Shown piece by piece: positions 40,101-52,068 of a stretch of 64,000 nucleotides of DNA. The notes under the pieces are model-generated. The model was given only the letters and a program-made list of their open reading frames with translations. It was not told the DNA's origin and made no database searches. A program made the position numbers and the translations under genes. The DNA is from Macrostomum lignano. Lineage: Eukaryota. The DNA lies in NCBI GenBank assembly GCA_002269645.1, contig NIVC01000413.1:310001-374000 (forward strand), read 5' to 3'. Every line of letters starts with the position of its first letter. The first letter of the stretch is position 1.

Positions 40101-43100
40101 AATAATGCTTTCATAAGAATAAGTGCACTTACCTGATCCGGCTCTACCCGTGGCTTAGGCAGGCCGTAGGCAGGCAGCTCGGATCCTCCCATGGTCTCCA
40201 GAAAGTTCTCCAGTTGCCGCAGCACTTCCGACTCGGCAGCTTCGGTGCTGTAGCCCTGGTGCAGCAGGTCGCCAGCCATGTCACTGGAGAACTCGCGCCA
40301 CAGCTTCGGTGGATCGCTGGGGTCACCATGGGTGAGAATTGCCGCGAAAAGCCGGCGCAGAGCTGCTGGCAGCCGCGTCTCCACAGCCTCGCGCATGCAC
40401 AGCTGCCAGTGCTTGTCGTCTTCCAACAGCCCTCTCGCCTGGCAAGCGGCCTTGAAGGTGGGCAGCAGGACGCCGTCAACAGTGCGCAGCGCCTCGAATG
40501 ACGTCGGGCCGCGCACGTTCACCAAGAGCAAGCGCAAGTAGAAGCAGTCGCCCATTCGAGGACTGACTGTGTAGATGCGGCCGATATTGCCGGTCGTCAC
40601 AACGCCAGCTGGCTGACCGGCAGTCTCTCGGCCGCGACCTGCGCGATGCCAGGTGTGCGCCCTGTTGTCCCAGGTGAAGTGCCGGGGCACCTCTTGGTAG
40701 AGCAGGCCGCGGGCGACTTCATCTTGGCGACAGAGCTGGAAAGGTGTATGAATGTGTTATGATAAGAAATATTATAATAAAAAAGCGGAGTAATGTTGAC
40801 TGCTTTAATTAACTTGAAGCATTCTAGTATAAGCATTGCCTATAGTACACAGAGATATATGCAGAAGCAATAGTTGGCTGAAAGACTTACATCAAAGAAG
40901 GCGGTCAGAGTCGTGTCTTTAGGCCGAGCAGCAACAGCCTGGGCCGTCTCGCGAGTGAAGAAGACCCGCTGCTCGTCCTTCAGATGAACGGCGAGTCTGA
41001 TCACAGGGGGTATCGGCTGTGCACTTCAAAGCCCAGGATCGTATTGACCGCTTCCATTGGACCGATGTACCTGCCCAGAAGGTAGTCCTTGATCTCGTCA
41101 ACCATCTTGCCGTGCGCCGACTGACCGACAGTAGGGGCAGTAGTGCTGGCTGACGCAGATGCAGCCTCTTGTCGGACTTGATAGGCAGCCATGTCGCTAC
41201 CCTTGGTGATGTACTTGACGACATACTTGATCGCCTTGACTGTCGCGCAGATCTCGACATTAAGGTGACAGCGAAACTCGCGCAGCAGCGCTGGGCAGTA
41301 CGGAACCACCCAGCGGTTGTCGAAGGTGAAATTCGCCTTCTGACCGCCGCGCAGCTTGGCCATCTTTGTCACCGAAAAGCCGCCCATCTCGACAGATCTG
41401 CGGCAGTAGTGCGGGTAGCCGTCTTCTTCAACCCTAGTGGCTGCTAGGAATGCTCTCGGGTAGCGTTTGCTGCAGACCCCGTTCTCCATGCACGGCGCTC
41501 CCGGGTTGAGCTGCTGGCCACACGGACCATGCAGCAGATTCTCGGCGACCAGCTTGTGCAAGTCCGCGTCGGCAACTGGGTCCGGGATCTCGGCGCTGAT
41601 GATTGAGTCGTACTGGTCCGGCTTCAGCTTGTCGGCCAGCCACAGCAGAGCGTGCACGTGGGGAAGACCTGGATGTGGATAAAATTTAATTTTATTACAA
41701 TTAACGAAATTTTGGAGGCGACAGATAATGCTACAGTTTAAAGCTTAAATGTACACTTGCCTCGCTTCTGGTACTCCAGCGAGCAGACTCGAGCCAGAGT
41801 ATCTCCGAACAGACTCTTCAGCCTGTTTAGGAAGGCCTTCTTCTTCAGCTCGAACACCCGGGCGGTGATGTCCGGCCGATCGACGGCAGTCTGGCCCGGA
41901 AGTAGCTCAGCCAGAATCTCGGGCCACTTTGGGTTACACGTCATCGTCAGAAACAGGTCTGGGCGGCCGTAGGCGTGAACGTATGCCATGGCATCCTGCT
42001 GACGCTCAAGACGGTAACGTGGCCCTCCGACGTAGCTGGAGGTCAGGATGATATGCTTCCCGACTTCTTCCGGGTTGCCGTCGTCCTCGTGCAGCGCGTC
42101 TCGGAGACCGCGAAGACTCTCGGACTGCAGGTCTTTCTGGTGCTGCCGAATGTACGTAAGTCGCTCGGACTCGATCTTGGCAGCCTGGTCCACCAGGTAC
42201 TGCTGGAAGAGCCGGCGACCGTACAGCAGGCTGTTGAACTGGCCTGGCCGCACCTGAATCATGAAGGCGTAGAACTTCATGTTGGTGATGCCGCGATCCT
42301 GCTTGAGCCCAATGTGCCAGCCGTCCTCACCGAAGGGGAATAGGAGCACATACTCCAACGGATCATAGGAGCGGTGGGTCTCGCAGATATCTTGCAGGCC
42401 TGCGAATGAGTAAAAATAGAATTAGGAAGTAATAGAGGAGATAATCAAGAATCTGGAAATATTAGCTCTAGGGGAGAATAAAATTTTACGGCTCCTATAA
42501 ATTAATTGCAGCTACTTCATATAAGCCATAATTGCAGTAAATTAATAATGTGCCTGTCGATGCCATAGAACTCACCACCATCTCTCAGACGCAAGATCAC
42601 ATCCCGTCGCTGCGCCTGAATTACGCCTTCATCATCGCCAAGGTCCGTTAGGATGCCAACTTCACTGCACTCGGGCAAGTTGAAGCGCCGGACATGCTCC
42701 CCAGATGGGCGGGCATCTGAGTTAATCACGACCTTGGCGTTCTGCAGCTGCGATCGCTGCGCAGCAAGTCGACTGCGGACTTGAAGCTGCGCACGTAGCT
42801 GTTGCAGTCGTGCAGAGTTGCCTGCAGTTCCGCCAGCAGACGGCTGTTCAGCCCGGTGGCCCACTGTAGTCGAGTTTGCAGCTCCTCGTCTACAAAGAAG
42901 ACCTGGCAGAACCGAGCCGGGTCCTCCGGGTTCGGCAACAGGCTGCCGATCCGATGGTGCATCTGACCATGGAGGATGAAGCTCGGGTTCCAGCCGGGCT
43001 GCTCTCGCTGTGCGGCACCGAGAGATGTCATGTGGAGGGCGCCGTTGTACTTCCGAATGTCCTTGAGGAACTGCGAGCTGTCCGGATGCTCGCCAGTCAG

Positions 43101-44470
43101 CAGTCGCTTCAGGAAATCGGGCGGATCACGGCGCGGCTCCAAGTGGGTCTGCCGGTTGGGTTTAGAAAACTCCTCATCTTAAACAGGTTATTAAAATTAC
43201 GGCATGGCAATCAGTAAAAAAACTAAAAAATTTAGCATTTGCATGCTCTTGCTAGGGTACTCATTAAGTTTCTAAAGCTTCATGCCATTGATAAAGTATT
43301 CAATAAAATGATCAATAAAACTAATTAATAAAAACTGGACTCACCTTGCCAGAGTGGCAGCAGATGCTGGCTGGCTCGTCATTCCAGCGTAGCGCGCCGC
43401 AGTGGGGACATTGACGGTCCATGCGGCCGAGGACATGTGGCTGGTGTGCCAATTCCAGCAGTCTGAGAAGCAAAAAACGGGAAATGTAATTATGAGGATC
43501 ATTTAAGTAAAGATGCTGAATGTGGATATAAAGTCCTATTACGCTAGGAGCCTTCTACGTAAAGGTTGTAATGTATGGGCTACAAAAATATACATTATAA
43601 AGGTTATAATCTATCTTCTTATATACTAATTTTCACGTGTTGTTTGTCCGATAAGAAGTAATAGTAAACTAATTTTAATATTAATAATAAACTAATTTTA
43701 ATATTAATAATAAGAACTAATAATACTTATCATAGAATATTATACACAGTAAAAGCATTGATGTACATTGTAAAATAAAAATGAGTGAAACGCCTACCTG
43801 TCTCGGCGCCGGTCTGCTTGCGCATGCAGACGCAGGTCGTGCTCATCAGCGGCCTCAGCCGTGCGACGCTGACTCTGTCGCTGCCGCTGCACGTCAAGGC
43901 GATGCATGTGGACCGTCTCCGATTCACTCGCGCGGCATTCCGCTGTGTGCTGCTGGTCTAGCTCGCGGCGATGCTTGCGCTCGGCTTCGCCCTCAGCTGC
44001 GCGGTCTTCAGCTGTTCGCAGCCGGTCCTGCTCGAGGCGATGCTGGCGCTCGGCCTCGTCCTCAGCTGCGCGGTCTTCAGCTGTGCGCAGCCGGTTCTGC
44101 TCGAGGCGATGCTGGCGCTCGGCCTCGTCCTCAGCTGCGCGGTCTTCAGCTGTGCGCAGCGGGTTCTGCTTGAGGCGATGCTGGCGCTCGGCCTCGCCCT
44201 CAACTGCGCGTCTTTCCGCCTGGCAAAGCCTATTCTGCTCCAGGCGTGCTGCATGCTCCTCTGGTGTCTCGGAGTCCCTCCGCTTCTTGGCACCAGATGC
44301 AGCGCGTGTAGAGCGGGACAAATTGCCTCGACCGCGTTTAGGCATTACAAAAAAAGGAATTTATTTGAAGAAAATATTTTAAAAAATATTGAGAGGCGAT
44401 TGAAACAATCCGGCCAAGTGTGGATCGGTGGTATCGAAACAAAACGTGACTTTATATAAAGCAATTAGCT
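37160..44470 (-). mobile_element. Helitron (autonomous type, intron-containing RepHel); exact ends not located
   Basis: Contains a complete set of Rep and Pif1-helicase motifs (see the RepHel feature). Confidence 0.9.
38125..44345 (-). pseudogene. Helitron RepHel (HUH endonuclease plus Pif1-family helicase), about 9 exons, at least 3 single-base frameshifts
   Basis: N-terminal 23-aa repeats; CPHC...CCHSGK zinc finger (43345-43464); Helitron-N region YDPLEYVLLFP; EYQKRG/LPHVHALLW HUH motif; YVVKYITKG; APGGTGKT Walker A; WDEAPM Walker B; GDFRQLL; AMTIHKSQGQSL; HGQLYVALSR. Frameshifts near 42760, 41005 and 39468. Confidence 0.92.
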
Positions 44471-44751
44471 GTCCCGTGCCTGCAGCTTTGCGTCACTAAA
44501 TCTCCACTTCTCTACACCAAGTGTACAAACATCGCTTTGATGAGTAAAACTGCTGCCTAACCAACCAATCAGCGGACAGTTCTCTGTGGACTAAATTTTA
44601 TCTTATCTTCAATGTACATACAGACAATCGATTTAATTTATTAATTTAGAATTCACCAATTACTATGCACGAAAAGGAGTGAATTCTTCATTGGGCCGGG
44701 GGTTGGGGTTAGGGTAACCATCATTTCATCGTTCTTTCATTTCATTGCTAT

Positions 44752-47700
44752 CTGTAGCCTACTGGGCATTCACTGTGTACACTGAACCCTATCACTTCAC
44801 CGCGGCCCGCCACCCCTGGCCCCAACACGGGTTATTTGAATTGAATAGTGTCAGAAAATTTAAAGAAAGATTTTTCTTGAATGCTGTGCTTTTTGTTTTC
44901 ATGATTAAAGCAAGAAACTTATACCCCCGAACTCAGCGTTGCAAGCTCTTTCCAGCAATATAAGTCTCTTCTCTTAAAGTTTAAAACTCGTGGAACAGTT
45001 GCCGTTTCTAATTTCCCAATTTCCCGACTGCTTGCCTGAGAGGCTCGCAATTTTGTACATTGAATTTCACTGCCAAGCTAATACACAGGGCCGATAATAA
45101 AAAAGTGAACCAATTGAATCAATTGATTGCGCAATATATTTCTGTGTTAGTCAGTATAAGTCTCAGTTAAAGTTAACAAAAAGTTTGCGCAATCTAATCA
45201 ACCCTCCAATACAAAGCAACTGACCCCCTTCCTATACACAGCGCCAGTTAGAAGTCGAAACCCCCAACTTTATCTCTCACCTCTCGCCAAAATGAGTACA
45301 ATCTTTGCAGAAAGTTTAAAGTATGGAAATAGTTTTTGCAATGCAGAGCTTTTAGTTTTCATATTTGAAGCAAACAATTTATATCCCTGAAATCAGCTTT
45401 GCAAGTTCTTTCCAGCAATATAAATTTTTTCTCTCAAAGTTAAAAACTCGAGCAACAGTTTGCGTTTGAAACTTTCTGATTTAAAGCATTGAAATATCGA
45501 TTGTACGTTCACTGCCTGCTAAAGAGGCCCGCAAGTTTATGCATTGAATTTCAAGGTTCAACAAAATCACAGGGCTGCCTATTGAAAATTAGAACACAAA
45601 TCTTTGCGCAATTGTCTACACAGTCAGCCAGTGAGCCAGGGTCCGATTGTACACAGGCAGCCATTTAGAACGCCCCATCCCCCACTGGAGAGAAAATACA
45701 CTGCAGAGATAGGGAAAAGTTGTGGCGCAATCACTTGAAATTCATGCAAATTTTCAGCTCCAAGCAGAAAGAGGGGACAATTAAGATTATCAAAGGTCAA
45801 GACCGCCGTTTTCTGCTTTTTTGAGGATCTTAGAAATTAAAATTTCAGAATTAAAATAGCCTATAGCCGACCTCGGATAATTTCCAATCTTCCCATATAA
45901 GTTTCAACGCTGAGTTGCCACTATTCAAGGAGGAGTTGTCGAAATGACACACACACAGACAGACAAGGCCGATAATAAAAAAGTGAACCAATTGAATCAA
46001 TTGATTGCGCAATATATTTCTGTGTTAGTCAGTATAAGTCTCAGTTAAAGTTAACAAAAAGTTTGCGCAATCTAATCAACCCTCCAATACAAAGCAACTG
46101 ACCCCCTTCCTATACACAGCGCCAGTTAGAAGTCGAAACCCCCAACTTTATCTCTCACCTCTCGCCAAAATGAGTACAATCTTTGCAGAAAGTTTAAAGT
46201 ATGGAAATAGTTTTTGCAATGCAGAGCTTTTAGTTTTCATATTTGAAGCAAACAATTTATATCCCTGAAATCAGCTTTGCAAGTTCTTTCCAGCAATATA
46301 AATTTTTTCTCTCAAAGTTAAAAACTCGAGCAACAGTTTGCGTTTGAAACTTTCTGATTTAAAGCATTGAAATATCGATTGTACGTTCACTGCCTGCTAA
46401 AGAGGCCCGCAAGTTTATGCATTGAATTTCAAGGTTCAACAAAATCACAGGGCTGCCTATTGAAAATTAGAACACAAATCTTTGCGCAATTGTCTACACA
46501 GTCAGCCAGTGAGCCAGGGTCCGATTGTACACAGGCAGCCATTTAGAACGCCCCATCCCCCCACTGGAGAGAAAATACACTGCAGAGATAGGGAAAAGTT
46601 GTGGCGCAATCACTTGAAATTCATGCAAATTTTCAGCTCCAAGCAGAAAGAGGGGACAATTAAGATTATCAAAGGTCAAGACCGCCGTTTTCTGCTTTTT
46701 TGAGGATCTTAGAAATTAAAATTTCAGAATTAAAATAGCCTATAGCCGACCTCGGATAATTTCCAATCTTCCCATATAAGTTTCAACGCTGAGTTGGCAC
46801 TATTCAAGGAGGAGTTGTCGAAATGACACACACACAGACAGACAAACAACACGTCAACTTTAGTATAGACGAGTGGAACTCCTCCTTCGGAGGAGAAAGG
46901 GGAAGAACTCCCATCACCGGAATTCTATTCCCTGAAATATCCATCAACTGAAATTCCATGTCTTTAACCCTATCTTCCAAATCGTCTCCAAATTCTTTAC
47001 AAAATCTTTCAAAGACCATAGCTCAAAGACTCTTACGTCTCTCATATCTACTCTCTCCTCTCTTCGCTATTATCGTGACTCGCTTCTCTCTCCTCTCTCT
47101 CATCTCATCTCTACCCCTACTCTCTTATTTATCTCTACTCCCTTATTTATCTCTTCTCCCTCGTCTTTCGTCTGTACCCTATCCTGTCTACTCTCCTATC
47201 TTCTATCTTATCTCTCCCCTTTTCTCTCCTCTCTCATATCTAATCTCTAATCACTTATCTATCGTCTCCGCTCTACTTTCTCTCTTCTTTTTTCTCTCTT
47301 CTCTCTGCTCTCATTTCTCGTATCTCTTATACGCTCTCACCCTCTCCTTTCTTATCTCCCATCTTTCTTCCCTCCTTTCTACTGCATCACCTGTCTCCTC
47401 TCTTCTCTTTTCTCTCCTCTCCATTCTCTCTTCTCTACTCTCATCTCCCCTCATCTCTTCTCTAATCTCTAATCTCTTCTCTCTCTTATTTTCTCACTCA
47501 TCTCTTTTCTCATTGCATCTCTCATCTCTCCTCTCTCTCTCTCCTCTCATCTGTACTATCTTTTTTATCTCTTCTCCCAGGTCTTTCAAATTTACTCTCT
47601 CCTGTCTCCTCTCTCCCCTCGTCTTTCCTCTCTCATATCTCTTCTCTACTCACTTATATATTCTCTCTCCTCTGCTCCCCTTTTACACTTTCCTATATGC

Positions 47701-50700
47701 TCTCACTCTCACCCTCCCCTTTCTTATCTGCTGTTTTTACACTCCTTTCTACCACCTGTCTCCTCTCGTTTCTCTCCTCTCTGCACTCTCATCTTTACCC
47801 TCTTCTTTCTCCTCACTACTTTCTTCTCTTAAATCTCTGATCTCTGATCTTTCATCTCTCTCCTCTCACCTCTCACCTCTCTCCTCTCTTTCCTCTCTTC
47901 TATTGCCTCTGTACGCTCTTGTCCCTCCTTTCTTCTCCATCCTGTCTCCTCTCTGCAATCTCATATCTCCTCTCTCATATCCTCTCCCTTCATCTCCTCT
48001 CTCCTCTTCTCTTCTCTCTCCTTCGTTCCCGCCTTACTTTCCTCTTCTCTCCCATCTGTCATGTCTAATCTCTCCACTCATTTCTACTCTGTTTTCTATC
48101 ATCTCATCTCTCTTCTCTTTTCATTCTTCTCTTTACTCTCTTCTCTGACTGATTGAAGATGCCAAATCCATCAAGATCCTCTCCGCGAAGCAGAAATCCT
48201 GTCCGTGCAACTGAAAACCATCGAAATCCTCTCCGTGAAACTGGACTCCTTCGAAATCCTCTCCTTGAAACTTAAATCCATCAAAATCGTCTCCATAAAA
48301 CAGAAATCAATCATAAATTATCTCCGCGAAACAGAAATCCTCTCCGTGAAGCTGAACATCATCGAAATCCTCTCCGTGAAACTGAACACCTTCGAAATCC
48401 TCTCCGTGAAACTGAACACCTTCGAAATCCTCTCCTTGAAACTTAAATCTATCAAAATCGTCTCCATAAAACATAAATCAATCATAAATTTAACTCCGCG
48501 AAACAGAAATCCTCTCCGTGAAGCTGAACATCATCAAAATCCTCTCCGTGAAACTGAGCACCATCGAAATCCTCTCCACGAAACAGAAATCCTCTTTGTC
48601 AAAATTAAAACATTGAAATCGTCTCCGCTAAACTGGACTCAATCAATTTTTTCCGTCAAACAACTCAACTCTCCGGATTCATTGGTTAGGGTTAGGGTTA
48701 GGGTTAGAACTACGCACAGCTTCGTGTTAAAAGGCACTGATAAACTATTGAACTAATTGAATCAATTCATTGCGCAACCGATTTCACAGTCAGTCAGTAT
48801 CAGTCTCAGTTAAAGTTAACAAAAACATTGCGCAATCTAAATCAACCCTCCAATACAAAGCAACTGACCCCCTTCCTATGCACAGCGCCAGTTGGAAGTC
48901 GAAACCCCCAACTTTATCTCTCACCTCTCGCCAAAATGAGTACAATCTTTGCAGAAAGTTTAAAGTATGGAAATAGTTTTTGCAATGCAGAGCTTTTAGT
49001 TTTCATATTTGAAGCAAACAATTTATATCCCTGAAATCAGCTTTGCAAGTTCTTTCCAGCAATATAAATTTTTTCTCTCAAAGTTAAAAACTCGAGCAAC
49101 AGTTTGCGTTTGAAACTTTCTGATTTAAAGCATTGAAATATCGATTGTACGTTCACTGCCTGCTAAAGAGGCCCGCAAGTTTATGCATTGAATTTCAACG
49201 TTCAACAAAATCACAGGGCTGCCTATTGAAAATTAGAACACAAATCTTTGCGCAATTGTCTATACAGTCAGCCAGTGAGCCAGGGTCCGATTGTACACAG
49301 GCAGCCATTTAGAACGCCCCATCCCCCACTGGAGAGAAAATACACTGCAGAGATAGGGAAAAGTTGTGGCGCAATCACTTGAAATTCATGCAAATTTTCA
49401 GCTCCAAGCAGAAAGAGGGGACAATTAAGATTATCAAAGGTCAAGACCGCCGTTTTCTGCTTTTTTGAGGATTTTAGAAATTAAAATTTCAGAATTAAAA
49501 TAGCCTATAGCCGACCTCGGATAATTTCCAATCTTCCCATATAAGTTTCAACGCTGAGTTGCCACTATTCAAGGAGGAGTTGTCGAAATGACAGACAGAC
49601 ACACAGACAGACAGACAAACAACGCGTCAACTTTAGTATATATAGATAGACGAGTGGAACTCCTCCTTCGGAGGAGAAAGGGGAAGAACTCCCATCACCG
49701 GAATTCCATTTCCTGAAATATTCATCAACTGAAATTCCATCTCTTGAACCCTATCTTCCAAATCGTCTCCAAATTCTTTACAAAACCTTTCAAAGACCAT
49801 TGCTCAAAGACTCTCACGTCTCTTATATCTCCTCTCTCCTCTCTTCGCTATTATCGTGACTCTCTTCTCTCTCCTCTCTCATCTCATATCTACCCCTACT
49901 CCCTTATTTATCTCTTCTCCCTCGTCTTTCGTCTGTACCCCCTCCTGTCTCCTCTGTTCTCTGTTCTATCACATCTCTATTCTTCACTTCTGTCTCCTGT
50001 CTCCTCTCTTCTCTCTTATCTCTCCTTCTTCTCTTCTCTCTCATATGTCATCTCTACTCACTTATCTATCGTCTCTCTTAACCCTCTCTCTCTCTCTCTC
50101 TCTCTTCTCTCCTCTCTGCTCTCATTTCTTATATCTCATATACGGTCTCAGACTCTACTTTCTTGTCTCCCATCTTTCTTTCCTCCTTTCCACTACCCCC
50201 CGTCTCTTCTCTTCTCTCTTTTCTAATCTCTAATCTCTCTTCTCTTATGTTCTCACTCATCTCTTCTCCTCGCATCTCTCTTCTCTCCTCTCCTCACTAC
50301 TTCCCTCTCTTAACTCTCTCATCTCTGATTTTTCACCTCTCTCCTCTCTCCTCTCGCTCTTTTCCTTTCGCTTCTCACTCCTCCCTCTCCTCTCATCTCT
50401 ACTACTTTATTTATATCTTCTCCCTCGTCTTTCGTCTCTACTCTCGTCTGTCTCCTTTCTCCCCTTTTTTCTCCTCTTTTCTCTCTTCTCTCTCCGCTCC
50501 TCTCTCATCTCTCATCCCTCATCTCACTCTTTCTTTCTCCTCTACTCTCCCCTCTCTTCTATTTCCTCTGTACGCTCTTATCCTTCATCTATTCTCTCTC
50601 CTATTATCTCTCTTGTCTCCCTTTGCTATCTCATATATCCCCTCTCATCTCCTTTCTCCTCTTCGCTTTTCTGTCCTTCGTTCCCGCCTTAATCCCCTCT

Positions 50701-52060
50701 TCTCTCCCATCTGTCATGTCTAATCTCTCCACTCATTTCTACTCTGTTTTCTACCATCTCATATCTCTTCTTTTTTCATTCTTCTTTTTATTCTCTTCTC
50801 TGACTGATTGAAGATGCCAAATCAATCAAGATCCTCTCCGCGAAGCAGAAATCCTGTCCGTGCAACTGAAAACCATCGAAATCCTCTCCGTGAAACTGAA
50901 GAGAATCGAAATCCTCTCCGCGAAACAGAAATCCTCTCCGTGAAACTGAAAACCATCGAAATTCTTTCTTTTAAACTGGACTCAATCGAAATTTCCTCCG
51001 TCAAAAAGAATAAATATCAGGATTCATTGGTTATTGTTAAGGGTTAGGGTTAGGGTTAGAGCTACACACAGCTGCGTGTTCAAATAAAAAATGAACCAAT
51101 TGAATCAATTGATTGCGCAACCGATTTCACAGTCAGTCAGTATCAGTCTCAGTTAAAGTTAGCAAAAAAATTGCGCAATCTAAATCAACCCTCCAGTACA
51201 CAGAGACCGACCCCTTTTCAATACGCAGTGGCAGTTAGAAATTGAACCTCAAACTTTTGGGGGCATTGAACAAAAAAATGAGTACAATCTTTGCATAAAG
51301 CTAAAAGTATGGAAATAGTTTTTTGAAACAATTTATATCCTCGAACTCAGCGTTGCAAGATCTTTTCAGCAGTATAAGTCTCTTCTCTTAAAGTTTAGAA
51401 CTCGAAGAGCAGTTAGCGTTTGAAAGTTCCCGTTTTAAAGCATTGAAATATCGCGTGTACGTTCACTACTGCCTGCTGGCACAAATAATAAAACAAATTG
51501 ATGGCGCAATTCATTTCTCCGTCAGTCAGTATCAGTCTCGGTTAAAATTATTACGCAAACTAAATCAACCCTCCAATGCTCAGAGACTGACCCCTTGCAA
51601 TACGCAGTGGCGGTTAGAAATTGAACCCACCCCCCCCCCCCCCCAACTGTTGGGGGGTCGGTCGAACCCCCATTCAATCCTAAATGAGTACACTCTTTGC
51701 AGAAAGTTAAAAGAATGGAAATAGTTTTTCCAATGCAGAGCATTTAGTTTTCATATTTAATGCAAACAATTTATATAATTGAAATCAGCATTGAAAGATC
51801 TTTCCAGCAATATAAGTCTCTTCTCTCTAAGTTAAAAACTCTGGGAACAGTTTGCGTTTGAAATTTCCTAATTTAAAGCATTGAATTTTTGAGTGTACGT
51901 TCACTGCCTGCTACATAGGGAGGCTCGCAAATTTATTCATTGAATTTTACTGAAGCCCTAACACCCCCAATACGTACGGGGGTTTTATTTGCCCCAGTGC
52001 TCAATGCAAAAAATTGTGGCGCAATCGCTAAAAATTGATGTCAACCGGCCCGGTTACACC
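44752..52060 (-). mobile_element. Second array of the same Helitron-like/telomeric-repeat units
   Basis: Same modules, junctions at 46870 and 49651, TTAGGG arrays at 48686 and ~51040. 46958-48770 is closely similar to 20589-22040. Confidence 0.75.
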
Positions 52061-52068
52061 CGGTTACA

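Noticed and set aside
14892-50811. Numerous long Leu/Ser-rich ORFs (up to 396 aa) and Arg/Glu-rich antisense ORFs
   Set aside because: They arise from CT-rich DNA that lacks stop codons and have no splice or domain support.
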